Shown here: one piece after another, positions 1 through 13,395 of the stretch
How positions within the stretch are numbered: the first letter of the stretch is position 1
How the letters are laid out: each line of letters begins with the position of its first letter
Assembly: GCA_964187785.1 (NCBI GenBank)
Contig: OZ076409.1
Span: forward strand, 57,290,001-57,354,000
Reading direction: 5' to 3'
Length of the DNA: 64,000 nt
Source: Amphiscolops sp. MND2022
Lineage: Eukaryota
Made by a program: the position numbers and the translations under genes
The notes under the pieces: generated by a model
Told to the model about the DNA's origin: nothing
Seen by the model: the letters and a program-made list of their open reading frames with translations, nothing else
Database searches by the model: none

Positions 1-2
1 GC

Positions 3-275
3 TCCCAGAACGACGAACACAGGTTCGAGAAGATCAGTAACATAATAAAACAGTTCAAACTGAGTTGCACCAAACTGGCAGACAATTTCAGCAGCATCGA
101 AGTGCGCAATTCCAGCTTCTCCGCCTTCATAGAGCAGTTCACTACCAACACATACATCATGGTTGTCATGAGCGACACCCGCATAACTTCAGCCGCAGTG
201 CTCATGAACATACGCAACGTCAGGGGACTGTTCGAAAAAATAGAATCCAGTGACAGAAGTATTGCTCGCAGATGA
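3..275 (+). CDS. RRAGA: Rag GTPase A/B (Gtr1 family), C-terminal roadblock region; gene starts upstream of window
   Basis: Frame from nt 3 reads [58 protein letters not shown]...[15 protein letters not shown]...RR*, closely matching the RagA/B C-terminus ([17 protein letters not shown]). TGA at 273-275. Not in the ORF track because it has no start codon. Confidence 0.93.
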   Translation, partial: SQNDEHRFEKISNIIKQFKLSCTKLADNFSSIEVRNSSFSAFIEQFTTNTYIMVVMSDTRITSAAVLMNIRNVRGLFEKIESSDRSIARR

Positions 276-666
276 AACCAACACTCCCGATTCCTGACAA
301 CAATTCATTGAAATTAATTTTCTTTTCTCCATGTGAAACTTCGTAGAAAACATATTTCAGAGTTGGTACTCTAAGATACCAACTTGCATTCCATCAGCTT
401 TCGAAAGGTTTCACGGGCTGAGAGAAGAAAGTTAAAAATTATCGTCTCCGTTAATCAAGAAACACAAATTTTGAGAAAATAGTTTTGAATTTTAGTGGAA
501 TTTAATATCATAGAAGTTTATCTTATTTTTGCTAAGTTATCATTACCATGATTCATCGTCAATTTGAATTGTAATCTTTTTTCGATTGATCCAATTTTTT
601 GTCGAAGAAGAGTTACTTTTATACCTACTGATACCAGGCAAATGAATAAGCTTTTTGTAGTCGGAG

Positions 667-1252
667 TTTTTAGTCGGCGCGTTTTCCTTTTAAGGAAAAA
701 TGCCCGACTATAGCAGTGACCTTTTTTTTCTTCAGACTACAATCCTCACACTGATCGGTCCACTTTTCTTACAATTCTTGCAATCTTAAATTCTTACAAT
801 TCTTACTTAGCAAATTTAAATAAAATACTTTAAAAGCTTGCGAAGTAGTATTTTTACATCATCTAAGAAACTCAAAGGGACCAAAGGGACTTAGGGTATT
901 TTCGGCTCTGTGAGACCTTTTTTCGAAAAAAAAAATTTTCCCAAAGGGTCCCTCCTTCAATTTTTTTGGAGTTTTCCGACAGAACGGATGTTGAAAAATC
1001 CCAAAGGGTCCCCCCTTTCAGTTTTTCGGCATTGTGAGACTTTAAAAAAAAATTTCACCAAAAGTGCCCCTCCTTCAATTTTTTTGATGATTTGCGACAG
1101 AATGGATGAAAAATTTCAAAGTGTCGCTTCTGGTGTGCCAATTCGGTTCAACTTTTGGGTTTTTCCGGTACCGTAGAAGAGAATACTTGGAAGTCCTTTT
1201 GCTGTTTTTGAGCCTTAGATATGGCGCCGACTTGGGCCGTTCCCGGCTTGTT
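667..1252 (+). mobile_element. Non-autonomous Helentron/HINE-like element, family A
   Basis: 5' TTTTAGTCGGCGC plus a short inverted repeat; 3' GGCGCCGACTT (inverse of the 5' motif) followed by hairpin GCCG-TTCC-CGGC and TTGTT; internal AAAGGGTCCCCC modules. Confidence 0.7.
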
Positions 1253-1488
1253 ATTTGTTACTAAAAGTGCCCGACTCTTGCAGTGGCAAGTTTTTTGTCA
1301 GATGACAGACCTCTTATACTGAAGGTCCTTTTTTGAACAGTTTGTTCACGCCGGTTACTTCGCCTAGTAGTTAGGATGCGCGCTTGCCAAGCAGAAGTGG
1401 TTCGAACCCGGCCGAGGACAAATTTTTCAATGGTTGCAAATCTTGGGTCAACGGTGGTTTTCGGCACTTAACAACTTTTAGATTAGAA

Positions 1489-1960
1489 GCAAGCCGGGAC
1501 CGGTCCAAGTCGGCTCCCTATCTAAGGCTCAAAAATAGCAAAAGGACTTCAAAATGTCAAAGTATTGGTGAATTTAGAACCTTTTATGGAAAATTTTTAA
1601 AAGTCTCACAATGCCGAAAAAAAACTGAAAGGGAGGACCCTTTGGGATTTTTCAACATCCATTCTGTTGCAAAACTCCAAAAAATTGAAGGGGGACCCTT
1701 TGGTGGAAAAAAATTGAAAAGTCGCACAGTGCCGAAAAAAATCTAAAAGGGGGACCCTTTGGTCTCGTCCGGTATTGTATGTTTCGCGGGATACCTTTTT
1801 GGTTTAGTTCCTTGGGCCAACAGGTACAATTTGGCGTCTTCTCAAAATTTTGTAGAACTTTTGGTAGAACTATTTTGGTCACTTCATGTGGTCTTAAAAA
1901 AACACTGACGAAAAGCCATGACTATAGTCGACTCTTTTCTTAGGAAAAGCGTCGACTAAA
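1489..1960 (-). mobile_element. HINE-like family A copy (inverted)
   Basis: Reverse-complement termini CAAGCCGGGACCGGTCCAAGTCGGC at the left and GTCGACTAAAA at the right. Confidence 0.65.
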
Positions 1961-2625
1961 AAATCATTTCACCAAAGGGTGTCCCTTCGGTCTCCTCCCT
2001 GTTTTAGCCATAGAAAAGACGTTTTGCGAGGCCAAAGGGTCCCATCTTCGAATGTTTTGGTTTTATGCGACTTTGTTCGGTAGAAATTTCACTTTGCTTC
2101 CCGATATATCGTTTATAATGGTTAAAAATGTGCTATTCCCGATTTATCGACGTTATTACCGAATTATTTCAGGTCTGACCAAAAAAGCAAGGAAAATACT
2201 TTTTTAGTTGGCGCGAAAAGAAATTGAAGTCGACTATAACAGTAGCTTTTCGTCAGTTTTTTTCATCTTTTCAAACCTGCCGATGTGGCCAAAAAACTTT
2301 CTACTAAAGCGTAACTGAACAAGCCAAGGTGTCCAATTTCCAAGATTTTCTTATTTTTGCAAGAGACACGAAACTATGAGACAAGGGACCTGTTTAGTTT
2401 TTAAAAATGTATCGAATTCTGTATCATCAGCTTCTGATGGTTATAATTTTTCTCAGATGTTTTCAGGTTCTCAAAGACTTTTCTAATCTCAAAAGGTCCT
2501 GCTGTTCCTTTGATTTATTAAACACTTTGCGACTAAGTATTTAGGCTGAACGTTTCACAGGTACTTTCTATTTTGATAGTCTGCGCTTTGAGAAAAAACA
2601 AACAGCCCTTTGGGCTTAAGAGCTG

Positions 2626-3499
2626 TTTTTAGTCGGCGTTTTCGAAGAAAATCCCGACTCTTACTGTGGCTAGTTTTTTGTCCGTTCAACGCGATTGGTC
2701 CACTTTTTGTGCATTATGCACTTTTACCATATGTACTTATTACTTCAATTTCAACGCATCCAAAGCCTCTAACATGAGATAAAAAGCCCTTACAAAGCAG
2801 AAGGGTCCCCATTTCCACTTTTTTTGACACTATGAGAATTTTCCCCCTTTTCGGCACTGAGACTGTTCAAATTTCTCATTTTTTCCTATTTTTTTATTGC
2901 TTCAAAGGGTCCCCCATCAATTTTTCGATATTTTGCAACAGAATGGATGTTCAAAAAATCCCAAAGGGTCCCCCCTTTTACACTTTTCGGCACTATTTGA
3001 CACTTACCGGAGACTTCAAAAAAATCGGAAAAATGTTTTCCTCAATTTTTAGTTTTTTGAGAGCTATTGTTGTCTCCAGTTGTAGAAAAAGCGGTTTTCG
3101 AGTCTTATTGAGCCTTAGATATGGCGCTGACTTGGGCCGTTCCCGGCTTGTTAGTCCTTAAGGAAAAAAGCCCGACTATTACAGTGGGTAGTTTTTTTCA
3201 GTTCACTTAGTGATCCTTTTTTGTTCAACTTTTCGTTCAAAGAGATATTTTAGTTCGGATATTACGTTTCAAAGTTCGGATGTAACGTTTTCAAAGTTAA
3301 AGTTCGCGGATGTTACGTTTTCAAAGTTCGGATATAACGTTTTCAAAGTTCGGATAAAACGTTTTCAAAGTTTGGATGTAACGTTTCAAAGTTCGTATAT
3401 AACGTTTTCATCTCTCGTATAACCTAATAGATTTTCCCCAATTTTCACAATTTGTTGAGCCTTAGTTATGGCGCCGACTTGGGCCGTTCCCGGCTTGTT
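2626..3499 (+). mobile_element. Two adjacent HINE-like family A copies (2626-3152, ~3153-3499)
   Basis: Each ends in GAGCCTTAG.TATGGCGC.GACTTGGGCCGTTCCCGGCTTGTT. Confidence 0.65.
3253..3410. repeat. ~21-22 bp minisatellite (TTTCAAAGTTCGGATATAACG-like) inside a HINE copy
   Basis: About 7 degenerate tandem units visible. Confidence 0.8.
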
Positions 3500-4812
3500 C
3501 AATCTTAAAATATCGAAAAATCAAGGGGACTTGATTTTTTCTCGAAAAATAGTCGCACCGTTCCGAAAATGACGCTTAATGTTTAAAATGTGAACGGGTA
3601 GACACTTTCAATCAATTTGAATTTTTGTAGAAATGTAGAAAGCTTATGGTCACTTCGGATGGATTGGAAAAAATTATAATAGTCTCGTTTCATTTCCCTC
3701 TCAAAGAAAGGATTATTGCGGACTGCCGAAAGAACGTTTCTTTGATTGTTGCGATTGACCAAACGCGGTTTTGGCAAAAACCCGTCCTTGTTTATTTATA
3801 TTTATTCTCTGCCCATAATAATGGCGGAGGAAAATCATAATCTGTGTTGCATTTTTTCCCAAATTCTGCCAAATCTCCACGATCTCCATCCACTTAACTA
3901 TTTTAGTTACTTGACTATTTTAGGTACTTGTTTATCTTGTTTAGTCTTTTTGTGATCTACAAATATGACTAAAAACTACTCTTCTGACGAAAATAGCTTT
4001 GGACGTTAAAATTCAATTCGAAAGCCTCGAAATGTAATTTCTTCAGTTGTTGCATTAGATCCTACTCGAGTATGAAAAAAATCCTCCGTGTTTTTTTAAA
4101 AACATGTTAAAATGTTGGTGAAGTTTAGCCTTTCAGACACTCCGAATCATGTGCGCTTAATTTCTGTCTAGTTGCCGAAAGAACCTATTTTCAATGGTTG
4201 AAGTGGTCGTCCGGTCATTGTAAAAACCCGGCCTCGGTTGTTTTTTTTTTGGATGAAAGTTTTGTTATATGATGTTAAACTACCAGTAAAAATGCATTTT
4301 TTGTCGAATTGCCGGAAAAACGTTTTTATTCAACTGTGAAATATACAGTTTTCTATTATGATGAAAAAATGGTCTGGATTTTCTTCATTTTTTTGCGTTT
4401 TTGAAAGGTTGGAAAACATTGCATTTCTTGAAGTTCGAACGCCTTGGTATTTATTATGGAAATTACTTTCTACTTGTAACTTAGTAACCTCTAACTGCTA
4501 ATTGGCCTAGTGGTTACTGCAGTGGGAGGGACAGTGGCTGGGAATCAGTTAACGTTTGTGCGAACCTTGCGCTGGACCGAATTTTTTCATACTCACTAAA
4601 ATAGTGTGGAGATCAAAGACACCCCCCTTTTGGGGTTTTTAGACACACCTGAAGTTTTTAAGACCGAAGTGCCCACTTTGATTTTTAACAAAAACGATGT
4701 TTTGCGAGGATATAGGTCCCCTTGGGGTTTTTCGTCACTATGCGACATATCGAAGAGGTTTTGAAAGAAAAATTTGATAATTTTTGGAATTTTTTTTTGA
4801 TTTTTTCGCACT

Positions 4813-7060
4813 TTTTAGTCGGCGCTTCCGTAGAAAACGCAGACTATAGCACTGGCTTTTTTAAAGACAAACGAAGTGACAGATTTTATAAGCTGTAAGG
4901 TATACCGGATATGACGTTTCTTGGAGAATTTTTCAATGTTGCAAAAGGGTCCCCCTTTGGAATTTTCTGGCGCAAACCAGATATAACTAATTCCGGATAT
5001 TACGTATACCGGATATAGCGTGTCTTTTTTTAAGACCGGCGTTTTTTCGGAACTGTGCGACTTTTTACGAATTTGTTTATCGAAGCCGAACGGCGTTCAA
5101 TTTTTACAAGAAACCAAAAGTTTTGCGAGCGTAAAGGACTCCTTACGGTTTTCGGCACTATGCAACATACCGGAGACATTTTTTGAAAAAAACTAATTTT
5201 TTAATTTTGTCGTTTTTTAGTCGGCTCTTCATGAAGTGAAACGCGACTATTATTACCGGGCGAGGCTAAAGAGTCCCCCTTGCAGTTTTTTTGGCATTGT
5301 GAGACTTCTCTTGCGAATTTTTTTTCCTCCTCAAAGGGTCCGCCTTCATTTTTTTGGATGCTTGGCGACAGAATGGATGTTGAAAAGTCCCAAAGGGTCC
5401 CTCCTTTCAGTTTTGTTTCGGCATCGTGAGAATTTTTTTCGAGAAAAAAATTTCCCCAAAGGGTCACCCCTTCAATTTTTTGATGCTTTGGATGTTAACT
5501 GGATGTTAAAAGATCCGAGAGGGTCCCCCTTTTTGTGCGCCAGGGGCCCGCTAGCAGGCCCCCGGCGCGTCAATTCGGTTCATCTTTTGGGTTTTCGGGT
5601 ACTGTAAAAGAATACTTGACACTTTGAAGTCCTTTTGCTATTTTTGAGCCTTAGATATGGCGCCGACTTGTTCCCGGCTTGTTGATATTTTCTGCCACAC
5701 AAGATTTTTGCTATTTCCAGTTGGGGAAAATAGTTTTCAAGCCTTTTGCATATTTCTTCGAGTATTTTTGGCACTAAATTTGATGAAATTTCAAAAATGG
5801 TCTACTTTGCATATTTAAAAAACCTTTTTTTGAAACTTGAGCGGGGTGCCGACTTGGGCCGTTCCCAGCTCGTTGGTTTTTGTAGTTTTCTGTTAGAGAA
5901 AACCGTTTTCCGAGTCTTAAGGGTAACATCTTCGGCAATTTTCAGTTGGCGCTTTCGTAGAAAGACGACAATAGCACTGGCTTTTCTTAAGACCGACCAG
6001 GTTTTAATGTGACAGATTTTATAAGCTGTTGCTTCTACCTACTGCAACTGCTACACTAAACTTGTAACTTCTACTGCCACTTGGCACAGGGTTTAATCAG
6101 GATTTTTGAGGTCTGCGGAGCAAAAAGACGTGGGTTTGAGTCTCACTTGTCTAAAGTTTTTTCTGCATGTTTTTTCGGCTTTGTGAGACTTTTTTCGCTA
6201 TTTTTTTTATCTTCAAAGGGCCCCCTTCAATTTTTTCGATATCTCGCATCAAATTGGATTTTCAAAAAGCCCAAAGCCGCCCTTAAAATTTTTGGCATAG
6301 TGGTGTTTTTCCAATTTCTGTCTTGAAATTTTCTCAGGTTTTCTCAGCACGCTATAACCGAATTTTGTTTTTAACAACTGCGTTTGGTCTATGCGACTTT
6401 TTATTCAATTGTTTTTGTCGAACCCCCCTCGAAATTTTTTTTGAAAACGAAACGTTTTGCGAGCATATGGGACTACTTAGGGTTTTTGGTACTATGCGAC
6501 TTACCGGAGACTTCATAAAATTTCGAAAAAATTTTTTAGAGGTTTTGTGGTCTCCAGTTTGTGAAAAAGTGGTTTTCGAGTCTTCTGCGTTTCCCTTGAG
6601 GTATATTTTGCCACTGTAAAATTGATGAAATTTTAACGACAATGTACTTTTGCATATGTAAAAACCTTTACTTTTTGAACCTTGAGCGGGGCGCCATTCC
6701 CGGCTTGTTTGGTCATGTGAGAGTTGTCTCGTTAATTGTGAAAGACAAAGATTTTTTGGCACTGTGCAACGTTTTGGAAAAAAATTTTTGGTCAAAGTGT
6801 ACCTGTTTCTTTTTTTAAAAAAGATTTCCTGCTTTGAAAAAGCGTTTTGCAAACCTAAATGGAGAATTTTCCAAAAATTGGTCTTTTTGATGTTTCTAGT
6901 TAAGGAAAAAGTGGTTTTCAAGTCTTGGGTATCCCTTTCGGTATTTCGGCTCTGTAAGTTTGCTAGATTTTTTCGCGATTGTGTCCCTTTGCATCTTAAA
7001 GCACTTTACTCTGTTTGAGCCTTGAGCGGGGCGCCGACTTGGACCGTTCTCGTCTTGTTA
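4813..7060 (+). mobile_element. Cluster of nested or fragmented HINE-like family A copies
   Basis: Several TTTTAGTCGGC starts (4813, 5216, ~5940) and GCGCCGACTT-hairpin ends (~5680, ~5870, ~6710, ~7060). Confidence 0.6.
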
Positions 7061-7382
7061 GACATTGCAAGACTTTAGCACATAACTTCCTTCCATGTCA
7101 AACAAGAGATGGTGGAAGGTCCCCATATTTTCTTGAAGCGTATTAGCAGCAATTACGAAATATGTCGCAGTGCCATTGTGCCTCTTGCATATCAATAATT
7201 CGGTATCTTGGCGATATCACACACTTTTTGATTGAACTGAATCGCTCTAAACTTCGAATTTTTCATTCACCATGAATAAAGGACTGCTCTTGAAAATATA
7301 CTCATAAGCTATTTGAAATATTGAACCCCCATATTCATTTTCCGGCTCATTTTGAACTAGAGATAATGGTTTTGCTTTTTCA

Positions 7383-7790
7383 ATTTCTGAGATAGCAGGA
7401 ATAATATTGAAATCTGAATTATTGAAGTTTTTTCAGTTCAATTTTCGTCGTGATAACGTGTGCCTACTGAAAAATTCAGATATTTTGTTCGGCAGTGAGT
7501 ATAAGCGTGAGATTTGAATTTCTCAAGCCGCCGACAAAAATTCGTTTCTCGTGCGATGGAACGAGCGAGTCGTAATTATGCTTTCGCACGCTGAGTTATT
7601 GAGATGATGCGAACGAGTGTTAAATATTCGTTCACCGAGAGCTTTCGCCTGTATTCAAATGCGAATGCGAAACTTCGTCTACGCTCAGTAGTTATATTTT
7701 CTTTAGTCCGAGAAGATTTATAGGCGGTGTAAACTGGTAGTGATTAATTGTGCGCTATATAAATGATTAAGATATGCTTCTATTAATACA
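7383..7790 (+). mobile_element. HINE-like family B copy 1 (body); a probable 3' tail lies at ~8640-8676 beyond a family A insertion
   Basis: Shares CAGATATTTTGTTCGGCAGTGA, GCGATGGAACGAGCGAGT and TAATTGTGCGCTA blocks with the copies at 13.4, 29.1 and 31.6 kb. Confidence 0.65.
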
Positions 7791-7879
7791 CTTGCGATAA
7801 GCAAGTGTTATGGTAAAGTGGGAGTGCTTTTTTTCGGGCGATAACTCTCTTGTTTCAGTCCGCAAGTCGCATAGTTCAG

Positions 7880-7952
7880 GCGTTCGTGGTCTAGTGGTAA
7901 GATGCTTGCTTTTCAACCCAGAGGGTTCGTGTTCGAACCCATGCGGTTGCGC
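7880..7952 (+). pseudogene. tRNA-derived (Gly-like) sequence embedded in a family A repeat
   Basis: GCGTTCGTGGTCTAGTGGTAAGATG (A box) ... GTTCGAACCC (B box); poor acceptor-stem pairing. Confidence 0.55.
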
Positions 7953-8701
7953 TAATTTTTTTTACAACTGTTCCGAAGCAGAAGGTTTTCTTTTTTTTTC
8001 GCATTATGAGACCCCCTTTTTGGGCTTTGAGAGACTTTTTTCTCGAAATTTTTTCAAAGACTCCAAAGGGTCCCCTTTCAATTTTTTGAAAATTTGTAAC
8101 AAAATGGATGTTTAAAAATCTCAAAGGGCCCCCTTTTACAGTTTTCGGCATTGTGAGATTTTTCAAAGGAATAATTTTTGTCTTAAAATTAGGTTTTCTC
8201 AGGCCCAGCACGCTATATTCGATTTTTGTTTTCTTTAAAGATCGGTGTTTTTTCTATGCGACTTTTTTTAAAACTTGTTTTCATCGAAGCACCCGTAACG
8301 TTTTACGAGCGTGAAGGCCTCCTCAAGGTTTTCGCCACAAAGCGACCTACCGGAGATCTTCATCAAGATAATTTTCAAAATTTTCTTCAATTTTCTGTTT
8401 TTTTAAAGGTTTTCCGTTGAGAAAGATGGTTTTTTGCTGTTTCCAGTTGGGGAAGAATGGTTGTCGAGACTTATGCGTATCCCTTCGGGTATTTTTTGCG
8501 CTGTAAAATTCATGATGGAAACAATGTCCTTTTACCCTTGGTTCTCCGTATGATATTGCTTATTTGGTCTTCTGCAAAAGTTCGCAAGTGTTTGCGAAGC
8601 ACGACTTCACCTCTGTGTTGAACATGAAAGCCTAAAAAAAACAAATAATACTGTGCCCCGCATGATCCTATTTTTAGATGTAGAAATGACGGAAAAACTT
8701 C

Positions 8702-11700
8702 GGACAACGCAGTTCAGGGGCGTCAACATTACTGCCTGACAAACAGAAGTCCCCGCACTTGAATACTTCTGCCTCGACCAATGGTGAAGTGAACACAGCT
8801 TTCAACTCTACGCAAAACTCAATTCGACCTGGGAACCTTTCATTACCCGGCACAAGGACCAGTCCTGCTTCTTTTCATCTTTTCCCGTCAGGGCCGAATC
8901 CATACGTCGCTCCTACACCTGCCACTATGATGCCGCCATATGGAATGAATGCTTACTCAATGGGACCGATGCCCCCAATGGGGCCTGGTTGGAACCCGAT
9001 GTTTCAAGCTTCCCCTCATTGGTGCCCCTCTGCAGCACCCAACTATCCAGGTTACCCACATTATCCAATGGTGTCTTCACAGGGAAGTACAAATCAATCT
9101 GTTGCCGAAGCTAGTGAACCTGGAGTCTCTGTTGGCTACTCGGCTTCACAATCGATGGACGTAAAAGCTGCTAATTTGAATGTGTCTTCAGATATAACTG
9201 CAAACATTGTCTCGAGCTACAGTGAGCCTGAGAAGATAAACAAACGTGATTCTCAAAGCACCAATCACTCAAGAGGGCAGACCCCCGTGACTTTAAATGT
9301 GGCTCCTCGGTACCCGCAACATTCGTCACCTTTCAATGCTCATACCAATGTTCCGCCTTTGCCTCAAGCAGGAATGTCGCCATTCATCCATAGACCTCAA
9401 CCGTTGTATCCTCCAAGCATAGAATACGCTTATCATCAAATGTTTTCGCAATATCAAGGAATGTTGCGAGATTGGGGGAGTAGAATGAGTGAGTGGAGGC
9501 AGAAAAAACAAAGATTAAGTATAGGAAGCAAAAGTAACTTGATGGGGTCTCAAACGTCGCATAGGCGAAGACATTCAGTAAAAACCAATGAAGTCTACTC
9601 ACCAACCAGTCTTCAAAATCAGCACGATTCAGACGATGCTCAGTCTCGTAATGATGAGAATGACCCTGTAAAAGACTCTGCAGTAGTTGCGAGAGGTAGA
9701 TTTACTCCTGCGAAGTTTGTTCGACACTCTGTAGCTAAGTTTTCTCCCAATTTCTCTCTGCTTTGCACTGACTTGAATTACAAATTCTCACTTCTCATCT
9801 GTTCATCGAAGCATGATGAGCTTCCAGAGTTGCTGGAAACGTTACCCGGACCTCTGTATTGCCATTCTGGCAAGACTCAGAAAAATGAGGTCAAACGGTA
9901 CCTGTCGGCATTGATTAAAAGACACAAAACAAGTGCAATACCTGGAGAGAGAAAACAAGTGCAGGAGATGATTCTACTGAAGGTCTGACATTGCTTTTGA
10001 GCTATCTTCTGTGTCTTGTAATTAACAATGGTGAAGCAGAAGAAGTTGATATTCGAGATTTGTTGGCTGACAACCAAGATGAGAGTTCGCCGCCATCTGA
10101 TTTTGAAAATTCAGCCGAATTATCAAATTTGAACGATACTTTCATATCGCCTGCAAAGGCAGACAAAGTTGTGATGGAAAAATTGCGAAAACTGCTTTTA
10201 CTTGGTAAATGCAAAGAATTCGTGGAAATGGCCATGTCCGAAAGACTATGGGGTCTGGCTCTGAGATTTAGCAAGCTGATGAGTCATTCATTGTTTGTGG
10301 AAGTTTGTCATAAGTTCGATACTGAGCACTTTAATGCCGTTGATCCTATACAAGCGTATATCAATGTGAAGACCGGGACTCAGCTAAACGTTGCTCATAT
10401 CGAGGAAGCTTCAAATTTTGACTGGAAGCGACACCTTAATGTAATTTTAGCGAACTCGGAAAGTGAAAAACAGAGACAATTTTATTGTTCTGAACTGGGA
10501 AGTATTTTAGCAGCCAGGGGAAAATACTTTGCTTCTCAGCTTTGCTATCTGGTTGGTAACTCTCCTTTCGGAATGCCCTCCGAAAACTTGACTCATTTAG
10601 TGCTGATTGGCCTGGGCCCAACTAGGTCTGAAAACTTGGGCTTCAAAAACGTTACGCAAAATTATTTTTGCATAATTTTGACCATGATTTACGAATACGC
10701 TGTGAGAAATAATTACCCTGATTTTTTCATTCCTTTTTTGCAGTATTGTAAGTTTTTCGTTGCACGTAGATATGTCGATTGTGGTCATTACGAAATGGCG
10801 TATCGCTTTTGTGACAGTATAGCTGTTAACGTTAAACGTGAACCCAGTAGATTTGACATGACCTTCATCTCACAGCTCAAAGAGCTGTCTCGGATGCTGA
10901 TGTTCAAACTTTCAAGACATGAAGATCAATGGATGAGAAACTTGGAGAGTGTGTCATCAAACAGTTCATCTCAATCTGTTGAATTATTCTCATCTGTTGT
11001 GGACTGTACGTCAAGTCGGGTAGAAAAAGGATCCTCGACCGGGCCTCTAATGGCATCTTGGGATGAAAGTACTTCAAACTGCCAAACCCCGTTTGCTTCA
11101 TCCACAGTCGTAAATCATTCCAAACAATCTTCACCCGTAGTCCACACTTCTCGTAAGGATTCGGACTCAGTTGACAAACCCAGTCCAGCTGTTATCGATT
11201 TCTTCTCTATTGATTCTCAGAAAGATGATTCAAAAGCTCAAAGAGAATTGAATGCTGCATCTAGCCCTAAAAACCAGAAGAATAATATGGCGCTGCCAAG
11301 CTTTCCAACAGAGGTTTCGAGCCAAAATCTAGACCCGAGACCGGGTCCTGCTGTTCCAGAGGACGAAGAATGTGCTGAGACAGAAGGAGCTTCCAATTCA
11401 TACCTCAACTCTGGAAGTTATACACAATTCAACCCTGTAAGTAATCATCTACCAGAAACTGCACAAAACGAGAGCTCTATTAATGGACCATTTTCGGACC
11501 CAAACTCAAACTATGGCCATATTCACTCCTATAGCCATTTCGATCATAATTATTCGAACCCAAACCAAGAATTGGAAGCAGAGTTGGAAGGTGCATCCAC
11601 TGATGACCGCTCTATCAATGACTCGACACTTGTAAGTAGTCAACAGTTCTCGGAATCATTCCCTCAAGTTCCGCCACCTCCTGAAGAGCCATTTCCTTAT

Positions 11701-12861
11701 TCTTACTCTTCAAACTTGAGTACTCAAAGGACTAACACCAATATATACGAACAATCCATGAACATCAGATCATCTGCGCAACACAACTTTCTAATGAATC
11801 CTGATCATGTTTTGGAACTAGGAGAACCCACTGATTTCTATTCTGAACAACAGATGTTCGGAGCTCAAAATACTGAAGAAAGTAGAGTCCATAGTTCCAA
11901 GAATAGTGGTCACCGTTCGAGTCTTAAATCTAAGAGTTCGTTCAAAAACAGTGAAGCATGCAGTGGCTCATGCGAGTCTGCGGAATCTTCCGAAAGTGAA
12001 GTGGAAGATAAGGATGAAGAAGACATGACTACAGATTTGACTACCACTAAGGAAAGTGGTTTGGTGTCATCTTTGGAAAATTTAACAAATGCGTCACAGT
12101 CGCCCAAACATAGGTTCTCAAAAGCTGCCAATCAAGGACTTGCTACTGCTCATAATAAATCTAAAATCAATTTTGTAGCTCCTGTGAATGATTTTAATGC
12201 CAGTCTTGATCAAAATAGTTTCATCACTGCAGCCCCACCGCCTGGTGACCTTAGTAGTTACTCGATGAGTCATATTTCTTCAATGAACAAGGAAGCTGGC
12301 CTTAAAAGTCAGCAGGTAAGTCCAAAAGTACCACCCCCCATTGACGGTGCTCCCAACCCTTTTTCAAGGAGTGCAAATAGCAACAAGTTGAATCAATACA
12401 AGCAATATCCCAATGCTTTCAAAATTAGTGAGGCGGCTAACATTGCACCACCATCTTTTCCCACACCACAACATATGTATGAGCCGTCATTGGTGCCTCA
12501 AAATCAAGAGAATTTCACAGCTCCAAGTGTTCCTCAAAGTTCTCAGACAGCCACTGAACCCGATGCTGCTCCTATTGAACCCAGGAGTAATTTTTACGGG
12601 GCTCCTAATTCCGGTCACTCAATTAGCGCGAACTCTGTGGAACCAGCAGATGAATCTAATTTTGTTCCTGTCATTCCCACCTTTTTCAACCCCAAAAGTT
12701 TCAAAAGTCAGTCTTGTTCCAGCCCTCAAATCCGGTTGACCAAGATACGCACTCACAAAGGTCTCAACCGCCAATGCATGTCCCTGTTAAGACTTGAAAA
12801 AGCTTATGGCTTCTATTTGTTTTCAAATGCACACTCCCCAACAAATTGGGCTTGGAATTAG
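8702..12861 (+). CDS. SEC16: Protein transport protein Sec16 (COPII/ER exit site scaffold); one large coding block interrupted by a frameshift near 9950; true start uncertain
   Basis: Sec16 central conserved domain motifs: LPGPLY..GKTQKNEV; LLLSYLLCLVINNG; LRKLLLLGKCKEFVEMAMSERLWGLAL; DPIQ; DWKRHLNVILAN; LGSILAARG..ASQLCYL. Flanked by Pro/Ser-rich disordered regions, with PTFFNP near the C-terminus and AATAAA at ~12969. Confidence 0.85.
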
Positions 12862-13395
12862 TATACCACTGGTGGCCAATCGTCATCTATTGGCAATAGA
12901 TGACGATTCGCCATTTAATGAGATGATATTTATAATGGTTTAATGAGATGTATATTTGTTTATTGTTGAATAAAAGATGAACGATTCGAAATTCAAAATG
13001 TTGAATTCATATCAGAAGCGTTTATTGTAATTATATTGTGTTAGTGATTTGAAATGCACTAATAAAGAATTAATAACGAATTTTTCAAATCTCTGTGGAA
13101 AGGAGTTCGCGTTAGTCCTGACTTTCGAAATGCCGAAATTGCTACTGAATCGCACAATGTTTCTCAGTTCGAAATTTTCCTAGACACCGCGTTGTAAAAG
13201 CAATTTCATCAGCATTGATTCCCTGTTTTTCGGGTCAGTATCAGTGTATTGACTCGCTAAAAAATTCTATAACCGGTAACCTCGCTTTTTAGATGTACAC
13301 TTGTAGCTTCTTTAATTTACCGGTTAGCGGTCGCCAATGAAAAAACGTGTTTCGAGATATTTGACATCACTGAAATTTTAGAAATTGATTTTTAA

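Noticed and set aside
65..253. 62-aa His/Gln-rich ORF from the track
   Set aside because: Off-frame shadow of the RagA/B coding sequence
7880..7952. Functional tRNA gene (also 25203-25277, 27920-27992)
   Set aside because: A/B boxes are present but acceptor and anticodon stems do not pair properly, and the units are embedded in repeats
910..8707. Many 60-190 aa F/K-rich ORFs (e.g. 6352-6921, 5236-5607; likewise 24504-24995)
   Set aside because: They lie within family A repeats, recur as similar KGPPF/GGPF peptides on both strands, and have no domain signal
9940..9991. Programmed frameshift, stop read-through or micro-intron in Sec16
   Set aside because: No canonical slippery heptamer; the two ORFs are in different frames so read-through cannot join them; no plausible GT-AG intron; an indel is simpler
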